From: Candidatus Eiseniibacteriota bacterium
GTDB lineage: Bacteria > Eisenbacteria > RBG-16-71-46 > JABDJR01 > JAWXBZ01
DNA: 58,589 nucleotides
NCBI GenBank assembly: GCA_034440375.1
Contig: JAWXBZ010000011.1
Location: forward strand, 1 to 58,589
Direction of reading: 5' to 3'
Shown here piece after piece: positions 25,476 through 35,800 of the stretch. Each line of letters begins with the position of its first letter. Within the stretch, counting starts at the first letter, position 1. The position numbers and the translations under genes are program-made. The notes under the pieces are model-generated. The model had not been told where the DNA came from, made no database searches, and worked only from the letters and a program-made list of their open reading frames with translations.

Positions 25476-27026
25476 ATGTCGATCCTGAAATCCCGTGTCG
25501 TGCCGGCCACGCTTCTCCATCTCCTTACCGTTATTCTCTTCCTCCTGGCCCCGGCCTGCTCCGCGCCCCGGCCCAAAGCCAGAGCCCTGGTCATCGGCCT
25601 TGATGGCGCCACCTGGAAGCTTCTGCGCCCCTGGATGGCGGCGGGGAAGTTGCCGACGCTCAAGGCGCTGGTCGACGAGGGCGTGTCGGGCGATTTGATT
25701 TCGGTGGTGCCGTTTCTTTCGCCGCCGGCGTGGACCTCTGCGGTGACCGGGGTGAACCCGGGCAAGCATGGCATCTACGATTTCCTGCGGCGGTTGCCGG
25801 GCGAGATGACCATGATCAATGAATCCTCGCGCAGCCGGCGGGTGCCGGCCATCTGGCAGCTGCTGTCCACCGCAGGGGTCAAGGTAGGGGTGGTCAATGT
25901 CCCCTGCTCGGATCCACCCGATCCGGTCAACGGCTTCATGATTTCGGGCATGCCGCACGTCGATGTCACCGACTTCACTTATCCAAAGGAATTGGAGTCG
26001 GAGCTCAAGGGCTACAAGATCGATCGGATGGATCTGTCGATCCAGCCGGGGCAGGAGCAGGCGCTCCTGGATGAACTCATGAGCACCATGCGGGCACGGG
26101 CGACGAACATCGAATACCTTCTGACGACGAAGGATTGGGAATTTGCCTGGGTGGTCTTCACTTCCACCGACCGCATTCAGCACTTCTTCTGGAAGTTCAT
26201 GGATCCGGATTGGCCGGGGTACGACCCGGTGCTGGCGGCGCGTTATGGCACCGCCATTCATGACCTGTGGGTCGAACTGGACGGCCATCTGGGCCTGATC
26301 ATCGCGGCGGCCCGCGCGAAGCAGGGGAATGACCTGCCGATCATGATCGTGTCCGATCATGGGTTCGGGCCGGTGCACCGCGAATTTCGCGTGCAGTCGT
26401 ATCTGCGCAACCCGCCGACCGGCGAGCCGCCGATCACGGCCGCCTATGCCGTCGAGACGAACGGGGCCTATCTCTACTTCAGCCGGCAGGGGCGCGAGCC
26501 AGGGGGGGCCCTGACCCGTCAGGAGTTCGAGTTGACGCGCAACGACGTGGTGGCGCGAATCAAGTCGACGCGGGATCCCGACACGGGCCTGCCGCCGATG
26601 CGGGCCATTTTCAAGAACGAGCAGATCTATTCGGGCGGCTTCCGCGAGAAAGGGCCGGACTTGGCCATGGTGCCGGCACCGGGCGTCTATATCTCCAACG
26701 ACCGCGGCCATCGCGAGCCATGGGGAACGCCGTCGTACACCTTCTCCGGACACCACGAAATGGAGGGGATCCTGATCGCTTCCGGCGGACCGTTTCGAAA
26801 GGGGAAACTCGATGCCGGCGCCAGCCTTCTGGATATCACACCAACACTCCTTTACCTTCTTGGCCAGCCGATTCCCGACAACGTGGACGGCAAGGTCTTG
26901 AAGGAGATTCTCGATCCGGAGTTCGTCGGTCGAAACCGTGTGCGCACGACGGCTGCCGGCGGGTCGACCGGGTCCGATTCCGTTGACATCCGTGGTCTGC
27001 TGAACGACCTCCCCTACATGCACTGA
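25476..27026 (+). CDS. Alkaline-phosphatase-superfamily (type I phosphodiesterase/NPP-like) lipoprotein
   Basis: Lipobox-like LAPAC; IGLDGATW, SPPAWTSAVTGVNPGKHG, TDRIQH, SDHGF and GHH motifs. Confidence 0.85.
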   Translation: MSILKSRVVPATLLHLLTVILFLLAPACSAPRPKARALVIGLDGATWKLLRPWMAAGKLPTLKALVDEGVSGDLISVVPFLSPPAWTSAVTGVNPGKHGIYDFLRRLPGEMTMINESSRSRRVPAIWQLLSTAGVKVGVVNVPCSDPPDPVNGFMISGMPHVDVTDFTYPKELESELKGYKIDRMDLSIQPGQEQALLDELMSTMRARATNIEYLLTTKDWEFAWVVFTSTDRIQHFFWKFMDPDWPGYDPVLAARYGTAIHDLWVELDGHLGLIIAAARAKQGNDLPIMIVSDHGFGPVHREFRVQSYLRNPPTGEPPITAAYAVETNGAYLYFSRQGREPGGALTRQEFELTRNDVVARIKSTRDPDTGLPPMRAIFKNEQIYSGGFREKGPDLAMVPAPGVYISNDRGHREPWGTPSYTFSGHHEMEGILIASGGPFRKGKLDAGASLLDITPTLLYLLGQPIPDNVDGKVLKEILDPEFVGRNRVRTTAAGGSTGSDSVDIRGLLNDLPYMH

Positions 27027-27029
27027 GGC

Positions 27030-28574
27030 ATGATGACCCGCTTCCTGATCGTGGTAATGGCACTCGTGTTTTCCATCGGGGCACTCGCCTGTTCGACGCG
27101 GAAGAAGACGCCGCGCGTCTTCGTCATCGGGCTGGATGGGGCCACGTTCGACCTGTTGCAGCCGTGGCTCGATGCCGGCGAGCTGCCGAACCTGAAAAAG
27201 CTGATCGATTCCGGCGTTCATGGCGAGCTGCAAAGCGTCAATCCGATCATTTCGCCGGTGGCGTGGACATCGGCCGCCACCGGCGTGAATCCCGGCAAGC
27301 ATGGCATTTATGGATTTGAACGACCCGATCCGGCCAGTCCCGGAGCTCAGCTGCTGAATACTTCGGAGCAACGAAAGGCGCTGCCGATCTGGGCGTTATT
27401 GCAGGATGCCGGCCTGTCGGTGGCGATTCTCAACGTGCCGATGACCTGGCCCCCCGACCCGATGACGCACGGGGTGATGGTGTCCGGTTTTCCATTTCCG
27501 GCGAAGCAGGACAGCCTCATCTACACGACGCCGCCAAGTCTCGCGGCGGGGTTGGGTGCGTATCCGCTCGACCAGATGGGCGAAGGGCTGGTGACCGGCG
27601 CCGAAGGGGACATGCTGGCCCGGATCGTGACCAGCCGGGATGCCGTGGTCCGCGTCTTCAACGAGTGGAAATCGGTCAGGAAGGATGACTTCACCTGGGC
27701 GGTAATCACGGCCACCGACCGGGTGCAGCACTTCTTCTGGGGGATGATGGACGAGAAGCACCCCTACTGGACTCCCGCGCGCGGCCGGGAATTCGGCAAC
27801 GCCATCCACGAGTTCTGGATCGGCATGGACAGGCGCCTGGGGGAAATGCTGGCGGGCCTGCCGGAGGATGCCATCGTCATGGTCTTGTCCGACCATGGCT
27901 TCGCGCCGATCTATCGTGAGATGAACATGTACAACTGGTTCACCGGGACGCATCTGGATGAGTACGTCCGGGAGCACCGGGTGGCGGATGTCTTCATCAC
28001 GAACGGCATCTTCAATTACCGGCTTGGAACAACCTGGCCGCGGAGCCCGTCATACGACGAGTTCCGTTCACTCTTCGAGAAGGAGGCGGTGGCTTACATC
28101 GATCCGGTCACCGGCCTTTCACCCGTTGCCCGGGTGGCCCGGCGCGAGGCGATTTTCTCCGGGCCGCACATCGGCAAGGCTCCGGACCTGGTCATGGTCG
28201 AGGCACCGAATTACTACATCGGCGCCGGCGATCCCACGAAGGCCCTCGAGCCGGTCACCGACCTCCATTCCACCAGCTATTCGGCCTATCACCGGCCGAA
28301 CGGCATCGTGATCGTGTCGGGGCCGAACATTCGCAAGGGTGTACTGGCCGGCGCCTCGTTGCTCGATGTCACCCCGACGCTGCTTCACTTGATGGGGCAG
28401 CCCGTTCCACAGGCCATGGACGGACGCGTGCTGACGGCCATTTTCGATACCGCATGGCTGGCCCGAAATGCCCCTCACTATACCGACGGGCTCAACATCC
28501 TGACCGACCGGCCCGAGCGAGTGCTCTCCGATGCGGAACGGGAGCAACTTCAGGGCGTTCCCTACATCCGGTGA
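27030..28574 (+). CDS. Alkaline-phosphatase-superfamily lipoprotein (paralogue)
   Basis: Lipobox ALAC; IGLDGATF, SPVAWTSAATGVNPGKHG, TDRVQH and SDHGF motifs; E.L..V.YI tail. Confidence 0.85.
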   Translation: MMTRFLIVVMALVFSIGALACSTRKKTPRVFVIGLDGATFDLLQPWLDAGELPNLKKLIDSGVHGELQSVNPIISPVAWTSAATGVNPGKHGIYGFERPDPASPGAQLLNTSEQRKALPIWALLQDAGLSVAILNVPMTWPPDPMTHGVMVSGFPFPAKQDSLIYTTPPSLAAGLGAYPLDQMGEGLVTGAEGDMLARIVTSRDAVVRVFNEWKSVRKDDFTWAVITATDRVQHFFWGMMDEKHPYWTPARGREFGNAIHEFWIGMDRRLGEMLAGLPEDAIVMVLSDHGFAPIYREMNMYNWFTGTHLDEYVREHRVADVFITNGIFNYRLGTTWPRSPSYDEFRSLFEKEAVAYIDPVTGLSPVARVARREAIFSGPHIGKAPDLVMVEAPNYYIGAGDPTKALEPVTDLHSTSYSAYHRPNGIVIVSGPNIRKGVLAGASLLDVTPTLLHLMGQPVPQAMDGRVLTAIFDTAWLARNAPHYTDGLNILTDRPERVLSDAEREQLQGVPYIR

Positions 28575-30526
28575 CACGCCCGACCCTGCTCCTCATCACA
28601 GGCCTCACGGCGTTTCTCGTTTACGTTACGACCCTCGGCAACCAGTTCGCGTACGACGACGGGATCATCATCGAGGAAAACCCGCGCGTCACCGAGGCGG
28701 CCCGGATGGGCGAAATCCTCACAACGCCCTACTGGGGGAGCCGGGCCGGCGGCGGGCTGTACCGTCCGGTGGCCAGCTTCAGTTACGCCTTGAATCATCG
28801 ATTGCACGGCCTCCAGCCGTTCGGCTATCACCTGGTCAACGTCCTCCTGCATGCGGCGGTCAGCGTCCTTCTGACGCTGGTGGCGCTGGAGTACCTGCCG
28901 CTCCTGGCCGCCATGCTGGCCGGCCTGATCTTTGCGGTTCACCCGATTCATACCGAGGCGGTGGCCAACGTGGTCGGGCGCGCCGAGCTGTTGTCGGCGC
29001 TCGGCTTCCTGGCGGCGTGGCTGGCCGCGCGGCGCGTTTCGGGGGGGGCGTGGACGTGGGGCTATCGGATACTGGCGGGGGTTGGTTACGCCTTCGGCCT
29101 TTTCTCCAAGGAAGTGGCGGTGGTGCTTCCCCTGGTCCTCCTTGTTTCGGATTGGATCGAACGACGCCGGATCGATCGGCCACTGTATGGCGTGCTTCTC
29201 CTGGCGGCGGTGGGATACTTCGCGCTCCGCTGGCAGGTGCTCGGTGCGATCGGACTGCCGAAGGAATTCATCATCTCCCGGCTGGATAACGTGATCGCGA
29301 CACAGCCGCTCCTGCCGGGTCTCTGGACGGCTCTCTCGGTTCTCGGGCGATACCTGGTTTTGCTGGTTTTCCCGTGGCGATTGTCGGCCGACTATTCGTG
29401 GGCGCAAATCACGGAGGCGGGAATCGGCGAGCCGTGGGCCTGGGTCGGGCTGTTCGGTGTCGTGGCGCTCTCGGCTCTCCTGGCATTTGCGGTCCATCGG
29501 CGAGCCGTGGCCGCACGGGGCACCGGCACGCCCACGTCGTGGCCGGCGGTAACGGCGGGGCTCCTGATCTTTGGTGCGGCGATCCTGCCGGTATCGAACC
29601 TGGTCGTCCGGATCGGCACGGTGATGGGCGAACGACTCCTGTATCTCCCCTCGGCCGGCGCGGCGATCGTGATGTCGGCGGGCCTTTTCGCGCTCTGGCA
29701 ACGGCTCGGCGTTCCGTCCAGGCGCGTGCTGGCGGGGGTCGTGGCGCTTCTCCTCGTGGCTGGCGGTGCCCGCTGTCTGATGCGCGGGCCGGAATGGAAG
29801 AACGATCTCACGCTGCATGCCACCACATTGAAAACTTCGCCGAAGAGTGCCCGTGCCCACTTCAACATGGCACCGTCGCTCTGGGCATCCGGGCGCCAGG
29901 ATGAGGCCATCGACATGGTGCGCGAAGCCATTCGCATCGAGCCGACCTACACCGAGGCGTGGACCAACCTGGGTGGCTATCTGGTGAAGGGGGAGCGGTA
30001 CGACGAGGCCCGCGTTGCACTGAAGGGGGCCCTGGCCATCTCTCCCCTGGATGAACTGGCCGCACTGGCTCTCGGCGCGCTGGAACTGGAAACCGGACGT
30101 CCGCGGGAATCGATTCCATGGTTCGAGCAGATCGTCCGTGCCAACCCGAGACGTGCCGAGGCGTGGTTCGATCTGGGCCTTGCCCGGCAGGCCATCGGCG
30201 ATACGATGGCCGCCGTGGCCGCCTTTCGGGCCGCCGTGGCGTCGAAACCATCGGCGCCGGATCCGGACGCACAGAACAATCTGGCATGGCTGCTCACCCT
30301 GCGCGCAAAAACCAGCGCCGAACGGGAGGCGGCCGTTTTGGAAGCGCGGCAGGGTGTGGCGCTCCGTCCGGATGCGGCGGCGTGGGATACGCTGGGCGAG
30401 GCGCTGTTGCGCGCGGGACGCGTGGGTGAGGCGCGCGAGGCCTTTGAGAAGGCGATCGCGCTGGGCGCAGCGAATCCGGACAGCATTCGGGCGCGGCTGA
30501 CGCGGGCCGCGGATGGTGGAAGCTAG
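28571..30526 (+). CDS. TMTC-like GT-C membrane glycosyltransferase with C-terminal TPRs
   Basis: FAYDD..I..N, YRP, YHLVNVLLH, FAVHPIHTEAV..VVGRAELL, SKE, LSADY and ERLLYLPS motifs, followed by TPRs. Confidence 0.85.
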   Translation: MTRPTLLLITGLTAFLVYVTTLGNQFAYDDGIIIEENPRVTEAARMGEILTTPYWGSRAGGGLYRPVASFSYALNHRLHGLQPFGYHLVNVLLHAAVSVLLTLVALEYLPLLAAMLAGLIFAVHPIHTEAVANVVGRAELLSALGFLAAWLAARRVSGGAWTWGYRILAGVGYAFGLFSKEVAVVLPLVLLVSDWIERRRIDRPLYGVLLLAAVGYFALRWQVLGAIGLPKEFIISRLDNVIATQPLLPGLWTALSVLGRYLVLLVFPWRLSADYSWAQITEAGIGEPWAWVGLFGVVALSALLAFAVHRRAVAARGTGTPTSWPAVTAGLLIFGAAILPVSNLVVRIGTVMGERLLYLPSAGAAIVMSAGLFALWQRLGVPSRRVLAGVVALLLVAGGARCLMRGPEWKNDLTLHATTLKTSPKSARAHFNMAPSLWASGRQDEAIDMVREAIRIEPTYTEAWTNLGGYLVKGERYDEARVALKGALAISPLDELAALALGALELETGRPRESIPWFEQIVRANPRRAEAWFDLGLARQAIGDTMAAVAAFRAAVASKPSAPDPDAQNNLAWLLTLRAKTSAEREAAVLEARQGVALRPDAAAWDTLGEALLRAGRVGEAREAFEKAIALGAANPDSIRARLTRAADGGS

Positions 30527-30562
30527 AGCGGAGGCGCGGCCGCGGGCATGCCCGTCCGCTGC

Positions 30563-31660
30563 TTACGGCGTACGGCCGCCCGCGCTCAGTTGATCGATGC
30601 CGGCGCGGGCCGGCTGGTTGTTCGGGTCGAGCTTGAGAACTTCTTCAAAGGCCCTGATGGCCGCGGCCGTTTGCCCCTGGCGCATGCGGACGACCCCCAG
30701 GTTGTACCAGGCGGCGGTGGCCAGGGTGGGGGAGGAGCGGGCCCTTTCCAGAAGACTGGCGGCTTCATCCAGGCGGCCCACGTGCAGGGCCAGCGTTCCA
30801 GCGGCCATGTCGATTTCGGGTGAAGCACCAAACGATTCGCGCAGGCGGGCGAGGACGGCCTGTGCGCCGGCCACGTCGTTGGCCTGGATCTTCGTCATGA
30901 CATCGGCCACACCGGCCGAGAGGGCAAGGGCGCCCGAGCCAGGCTCCTGCAACGAGGGGGTGGCGGCGGCGAGTCCGGCCGGACCGCGCTTCGTAAGTTC
31001 GGTCAGGTTGACGAAGGCACTCCGATAGTTCGGATCGATGGCCAGCGCCTGACGCAACGCGGCCACGGCCGGCTCGTAGTGGCCCAGCGTGGCGTGAATC
31101 GTGCCCAGGTTGTTCCAGGCCTCCGGGTCACGGGGCGTTTCCTCGACCACGCGTTCGTAGGCCGACACGGCCTCCGTCCACCGTTTCTGCGATTGGTACA
31201 GACGGGCCAGCACGTTCCAGACCGTCACCAGCCGCGGATTGGCGGCCACGATGTTTTCGGCCTCGCTGATGGCGCCGTCATACAGCCCGTCCGTGGCCAG
31301 TCGACCGGCCCGGGCCAGCTGGGCGCCGACATGGCGCGGATCGGTGGCCAGCGCACGGTCATAGGCAGCGCCGGCTTCAGCCGAACGTTTCATCCGATCG
31401 AGCGCCGTACCGAGGAGGTAGTTGTCCTCGGCCGTCGACTCGAGGCGACGACCCTCCACGGCCCATGCGAAAACGCCAAAGATCAGCACCACGGCACCGA
31501 CCGCCACGGTGGGGCGCCAGGGGAGAGATCGGAACCGGGTCAGCGTGACGGCGGCCATGCCGGTCATGGCCATCAGGAGCGCCAGGCGATCTCCGGTGCG
31601 GAATACGCCGCCGAGGGCGGCCAGAAGTGTGGCCAGCAACAGGGCCTTGATCACCGTCAA
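30563..31660 (-). CDS. Membrane-anchored TPR protein (possibly the C-terminal half of the upstream membrane protein)
   Basis: TTG 31660 overlaps the upstream TGA; about three TM segments, then TPRs (AWNNLG, AWYNLG). Confidence 0.65.
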   Translation of the reverse strand: MTVIKALLLATLLAALGGVFRTGDRLALLMAMTGMAAVTLTRFRSLPWRPTVAVGAVVLIFGVFAWAVEGRRLESTAEDNYLLGTALDRMKRSAEAGAAYDRALATDPRHVGAQLARAGRLATDGLYDGAISEAENIVAANPRLVTVWNVLARLYQSQKRWTEAVSAYERVVEETPRDPEAWNNLGTIHATLGHYEPAVAALRQALAIDPNYRSAFVNLTELTKRGPAGLAAATPSLQEPGSGALALSAGVADVMTKIQANDVAGAQAVLARLRESFGASPEIDMAAGTLALHVGRLDEAASLLERARSSPTLATAAWYNLGVVRMRQGQTAAAIRAFEEVLKLDPNNQPARAGIDQLSAGGRTP

Positions 31661-32823
31661 GCCATCGAGCGGGGGCGGCCGGGTCGCTTGAGGGTGCCGA
31701 CGCCATTCGGTCCGCTCTGGCCCGCGAGGCCCGCCATACCCAGCACCATCACCAGGATTGATACGGGAAGGAGCCACCGGGCCCATGGCACCGTCTGCTC
31801 GGCCCGGAAACGCGCGCTTTCGGGGGCGGCCAGTTCGGCGCCGGAGAGGACCAACCAGTATTTCCGCAGGACCAGTTCGAGAGAGGCGGCCGGATGTCGC
31901 ACGGCCCATGCGGATGCGTGCGCGTAGCTTTTCCGTGAGAGTTCGGGGATGTTGAGGCTTCGCTTCTCCGTCTTCTCGGTTTCGATGGCGATCTCGCGCG
32001 CGGTGGTCCAGCGCCAGGGTGCACTTTCGCCGCGTCGCGGATCGACACCGGTGGCACCGTCATGCCAGCCCAGCACGGCGTCCACACCGCCGCCAAAGAG
32101 GAGTGGCGCGGCTCCCGCCGTCTTGTCGAGGCGGGCGGCGCCGCCGAGGGCCAGGGCGATGCCAAAAGCGGCCACAAGGGCGATTCCGGGAATGAACTCT
32201 CGTCGGACAAGGAGGACCACGAGCAGGACAACCGCGAGGGCCGGGGCCCAGGCCGCGCCGAAAAGGCGCGTGATGGCCAGGACGATGCCCATGCCGATGA
32301 CCGCAGCAAGGAGCGGCGCCGGGCGATCCTCCGGACTCTCGTTCTGGCGAGTGAATCGTGGCGTCAGGAGCAGCAGTATCAGCGCGCCGACGGCCTGCCA
32401 GGCATGCGGTACCAGTGTGCCGGCGCTGACCCAGAATCCTCCGGTGAGCATGACGAGGCCACCGGCCACGAGTCCGGCTCGCGCGCCGAAGTGCCGGGCC
32501 GCTGCGAGGCCGGACAGGAAAGGGAGGAGCGCACCGAGCAGTATCCACTGCATCTGGCGGGCGCCGGCAATACCACTGGTGAGATCACCGAACTGCGCCA
32601 GCAGGTGTGGATAGGCGGGCGCGGTCGTGGAAACGGGCGGCTCGATCATCCGCGGGGAATCGAGATTGCGGGCGGCCGCCACGTACTGGTATTCGCCGCC
32701 GGCGGGCTCCTGGAACATGGGTCGATCGGCGGCCATCCGGGCGGTCAGGAATGCAATGAGCCCACCGAGCACGAGGAGGATCAGCAGTCCCGGCCAGGGA
32801 GTGGCGTGGCGACTCGTCATCAT
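31657..32823 (-). CDS. Polytopic membrane protein, GT-C/PMT-like N-terminal half
   Basis: Y...A.....P.YP..LA segment and multiple TMs; A..W...HP.....L...K periplasmic motif. Confidence 0.55.
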   Translation of the reverse strand: MMTSRHATPWPGLLILLVLGGLIAFLTARMAADRPMFQEPAGGEYQYVAAARNLDSPRMIEPPVSTTAPAYPHLLAQFGDLTSGIAGARQMQWILLGALLPFLSGLAAARHFGARAGLVAGGLVMLTGGFWVSAGTLVPHAWQAVGALILLLLTPRFTRQNESPEDRPAPLLAAVIGMGIVLAITRLFGAAWAPALAVVLLVVLLVRREFIPGIALVAAFGIALALGGAARLDKTAGAAPLLFGGGVDAVLGWHDGATGVDPRRGESAPWRWTTAREIAIETEKTEKRSLNIPELSRKSYAHASAWAVRHPAASLELVLRKYWLVLSGAELAAPESARFRAEQTVPWARWLLPVSILVMVLGMAGLAGQSGPNGVGTLKRPGRPRSMA

Positions 32824-32830
32824 TGTCTCC

Positions 32831-35800
32831 TCAGCGAAGTGCCTTGAGTTCGGCGGCGGCCTGCTCGCCGAGAGGCTGGCCCTTGGCCCGGCGAGCCACC
32901 TCGTCGAGCAATGGACGGGCCAGCGGCCCCTGTCCTTTTTGAATCAGGAGGCGGGCCAGGTGAAAGCGGGCCTCGAGATTGTCGGGGGCCCGCAGCATGA
33001 TGTCGCGGAAGATCTTCTCGGCAAGGACCATGTCACCGCTTTGAAACAGCGACCAACCCAGCGTATCCCGATAGGGATCGACCGGTTCGACGGCAACCGC
33101 GCGTCGGGCAAACCCGACGGCCTCGGCCGCCGTCGCCACGTCCTGTGACAGGATCCATGCCAGGTTGTTCAGTGCCCCCGCGTTTTCAGGCTCCAGTTCA
33201 ATCACGGTGCGATAGTGCCCGGCCGCGTTCAACGGCCGGCCGAGTTTTTCCTCCACCAGCGCCAGGTTGTAATGGATGATCGGGCTGTCCGGCTCGATGT
33301 CCACCGCCCGCTGCCAGTAGTCGCGTGCCGAGTCCGGTTGATCGTCGGAAAAATATTGCAGGCCGATGTTGTTCAAGGCCAGCGCCCGCTCCGAGGGGGA
33401 GCCGACGGCGGCGGCCCGGCGGAATTCGCCGAGCGCCTGGGTCGTCTGTCCTCCCTCGAGCAGGGTGAGGCCGATGCTGTTCCGGGTCTGGGAGAGGTAG
33501 TGGATGGCCAGGGGATCGCCCGGCACCAGGCGGAGCGCCTGCTCCAGCGTCGCCACGGTCTCGGCGTTGCGGCCGGCCTGCCACTGCATGACTCCAGCGA
33601 GCGTCAGCCGCCTTCCCTCGAACAGCCGCGCGGAGAGCTGCTCCAGCGAATCGGCCGGCCCATTGGTGAGCGTGGAGGTCAAACGTCCCCGCAGCGGAAT
33701 CAGAACGGCTTGATCCATCATCAAGACATGCGGGTCATACAGGTTTTGCGGCATCGAAAATTCGAGGAGCAGGTTGTCGTCCGTGATGATCGGCCCGGCC
33801 TCCCGGGTGAGGCTCGTCAGCATCGCCTCGCCGCCGAGATAGGCCGTGAGAAAACTTTCGGGGTCGGTCACGCCCACGACATCCAGGTCCTCCGCCACGC
33901 TCGGCACGGCCAGCCGGTCATGAAGGCGGTTCCAATCGAGCCCGAGCGGTTGCCGGCCGCCGACCAGGATGACATCACCCGGCACGCCCATCCAGATGGC
34001 CACGTGCGGGAAGACCTCATGATACGTCTTGAGAATGGAACCGAAGTCCGCCCTCGACATCTGGTAGGTCTGGACCCACTGGCAGAAGATGCCATCCGGA
34101 TTCAGGCGTCTGGCGCCCAGCTGGAAGAACTCCCGCGTGAACAGTGAGCCGATGCCGACGATCCACGGGTTGGACGGCTGCGAGATGATGACGTCGTACA
34201 TCCTGTCGGTCAGCTGCAGATAGTTGCGGCCATCGTTGATCAGGAGTTTCGTCCGGGGATCACGAAGGGCGTCGTGGTTCCACTTGCGAAAGTAGTCCGA
34301 AACTTCGCGCATGCCGGCGAGCATCTCCACGCAGTCGGCCTTCGAAACTTCCGGATGGACGATCACCGAACCGAGTGAGATGCCGCTGGCCAGGCCGATC
34401 ATCAGGACGTCGGAGGGGGCCCGGTGGTACAGGATCGGCAGGTGCGAGATCATTTTCTGCGTCAGCATGTCTCCCGAGGACGAGGCCTCGACCTTGCCGT
34501 TCGTGCGCAGCGACAGGACATGCTGCGAGCGCCAGACCGACAGGATGGCCTCCGATTCCTCCTTGAAGAGCAGGAGCCGCTGCTCGTGGATGGAGGCCGT
34601 CATGTCCTTGTCCTTGGCGTAACTCTCGGCGTACACATAGGCCCCCGACGCCATGAGATACGGGTCCCACCGTCTGGCCGTGATCGGCAGGAGCGAGAGC
34701 GCGGCCGCCGCCAGCACCCCGGCCGGAATCCAGGCCCGCCGATTCATCCAGCCGGCGCGTGCGAGGACGGTGTACAGGATCAGGGCCGACAGGAGATTGA
34801 CGCCGACGGCCACCAGGATCGTCGATTGGCGTCCGATGGCCGGAATGAAAATGAAACCGGCCACGAACGAGCCGAGGATGGCGCCGACCGTGTTGGCCGC
34901 GTACATCTCGCCGACCTTGCGACCGAGGCCCACCGTCCCCTGCGTGTAGAGCCGGGCCACCAGGGGGAAGGCGGCACCCATGAGGATCGTCGGCGGCAGC
35001 ATGGTGATCGTGCAGAGGACGAAGCGGGAAAAGACCTGCGCCGGCCAGGACGGGCCCCAGGTCTTGAATGCCTGGATGAACAGGATCGGCAGATTGCCGA
35101 AGAGGGGAAGGGCCATCAATGCCAGGACCGCGATGCCCAGTTGCATCAATGCCATCATCCGCGCCGGCTCGAATCGGTTGAGCCATCGTGCCGCAATCAT
35201 GGCACCCAGGGACAGGCCGGCCAGGAAGGTGGTCAGCATCGCGGTAAATGCATAGGTGGTCGTACCGAGCGCGCCGGAAAGCACCTTGGTCCAGGCCACT
35301 TCGTAAGTCAGCGCCGCGAAGCCGCTGAGCGCGTAAACGACGAGGGCGGCGCGACGGACGCCGCCAGCCCCGGCCCGGACATCCGCCGGCGGCGGGCTTG
35401 CGGTATCAATGAGTGTCGGGGGCCCGTCCTTGATCGCGCCGGGATTAGGCACCGCGATTCGCCGGACAAGCAGGACGGCCAGAAGCGTCACCAGGATGTT
35501 GAAAGCGACAGCGATCCAGGTCGCGGAGCGCATGCCGAAGGCCGGGATCAGGAAAAATCCGGCCGAGGCGGTTCCGGCCACCGCACCGATCGTATTGATG
35601 GCGTAGAGGAGGCCGGCCTTCAACCCGACGGCCGATCGATTGTCCACCAGGAGGCGCGACAGAACGGGGAGTGTTCCCCCCATGAGAATTGTCGGAACGA
35701 GGAGCACCAGGAACGACAGGGCAAAGCGGATGAGTGACAGCCCCATCGGGCCAGGATTCAGCGAACGGTAGAGTCCGCCGTACAGGCCGTCGAGCAGGGT

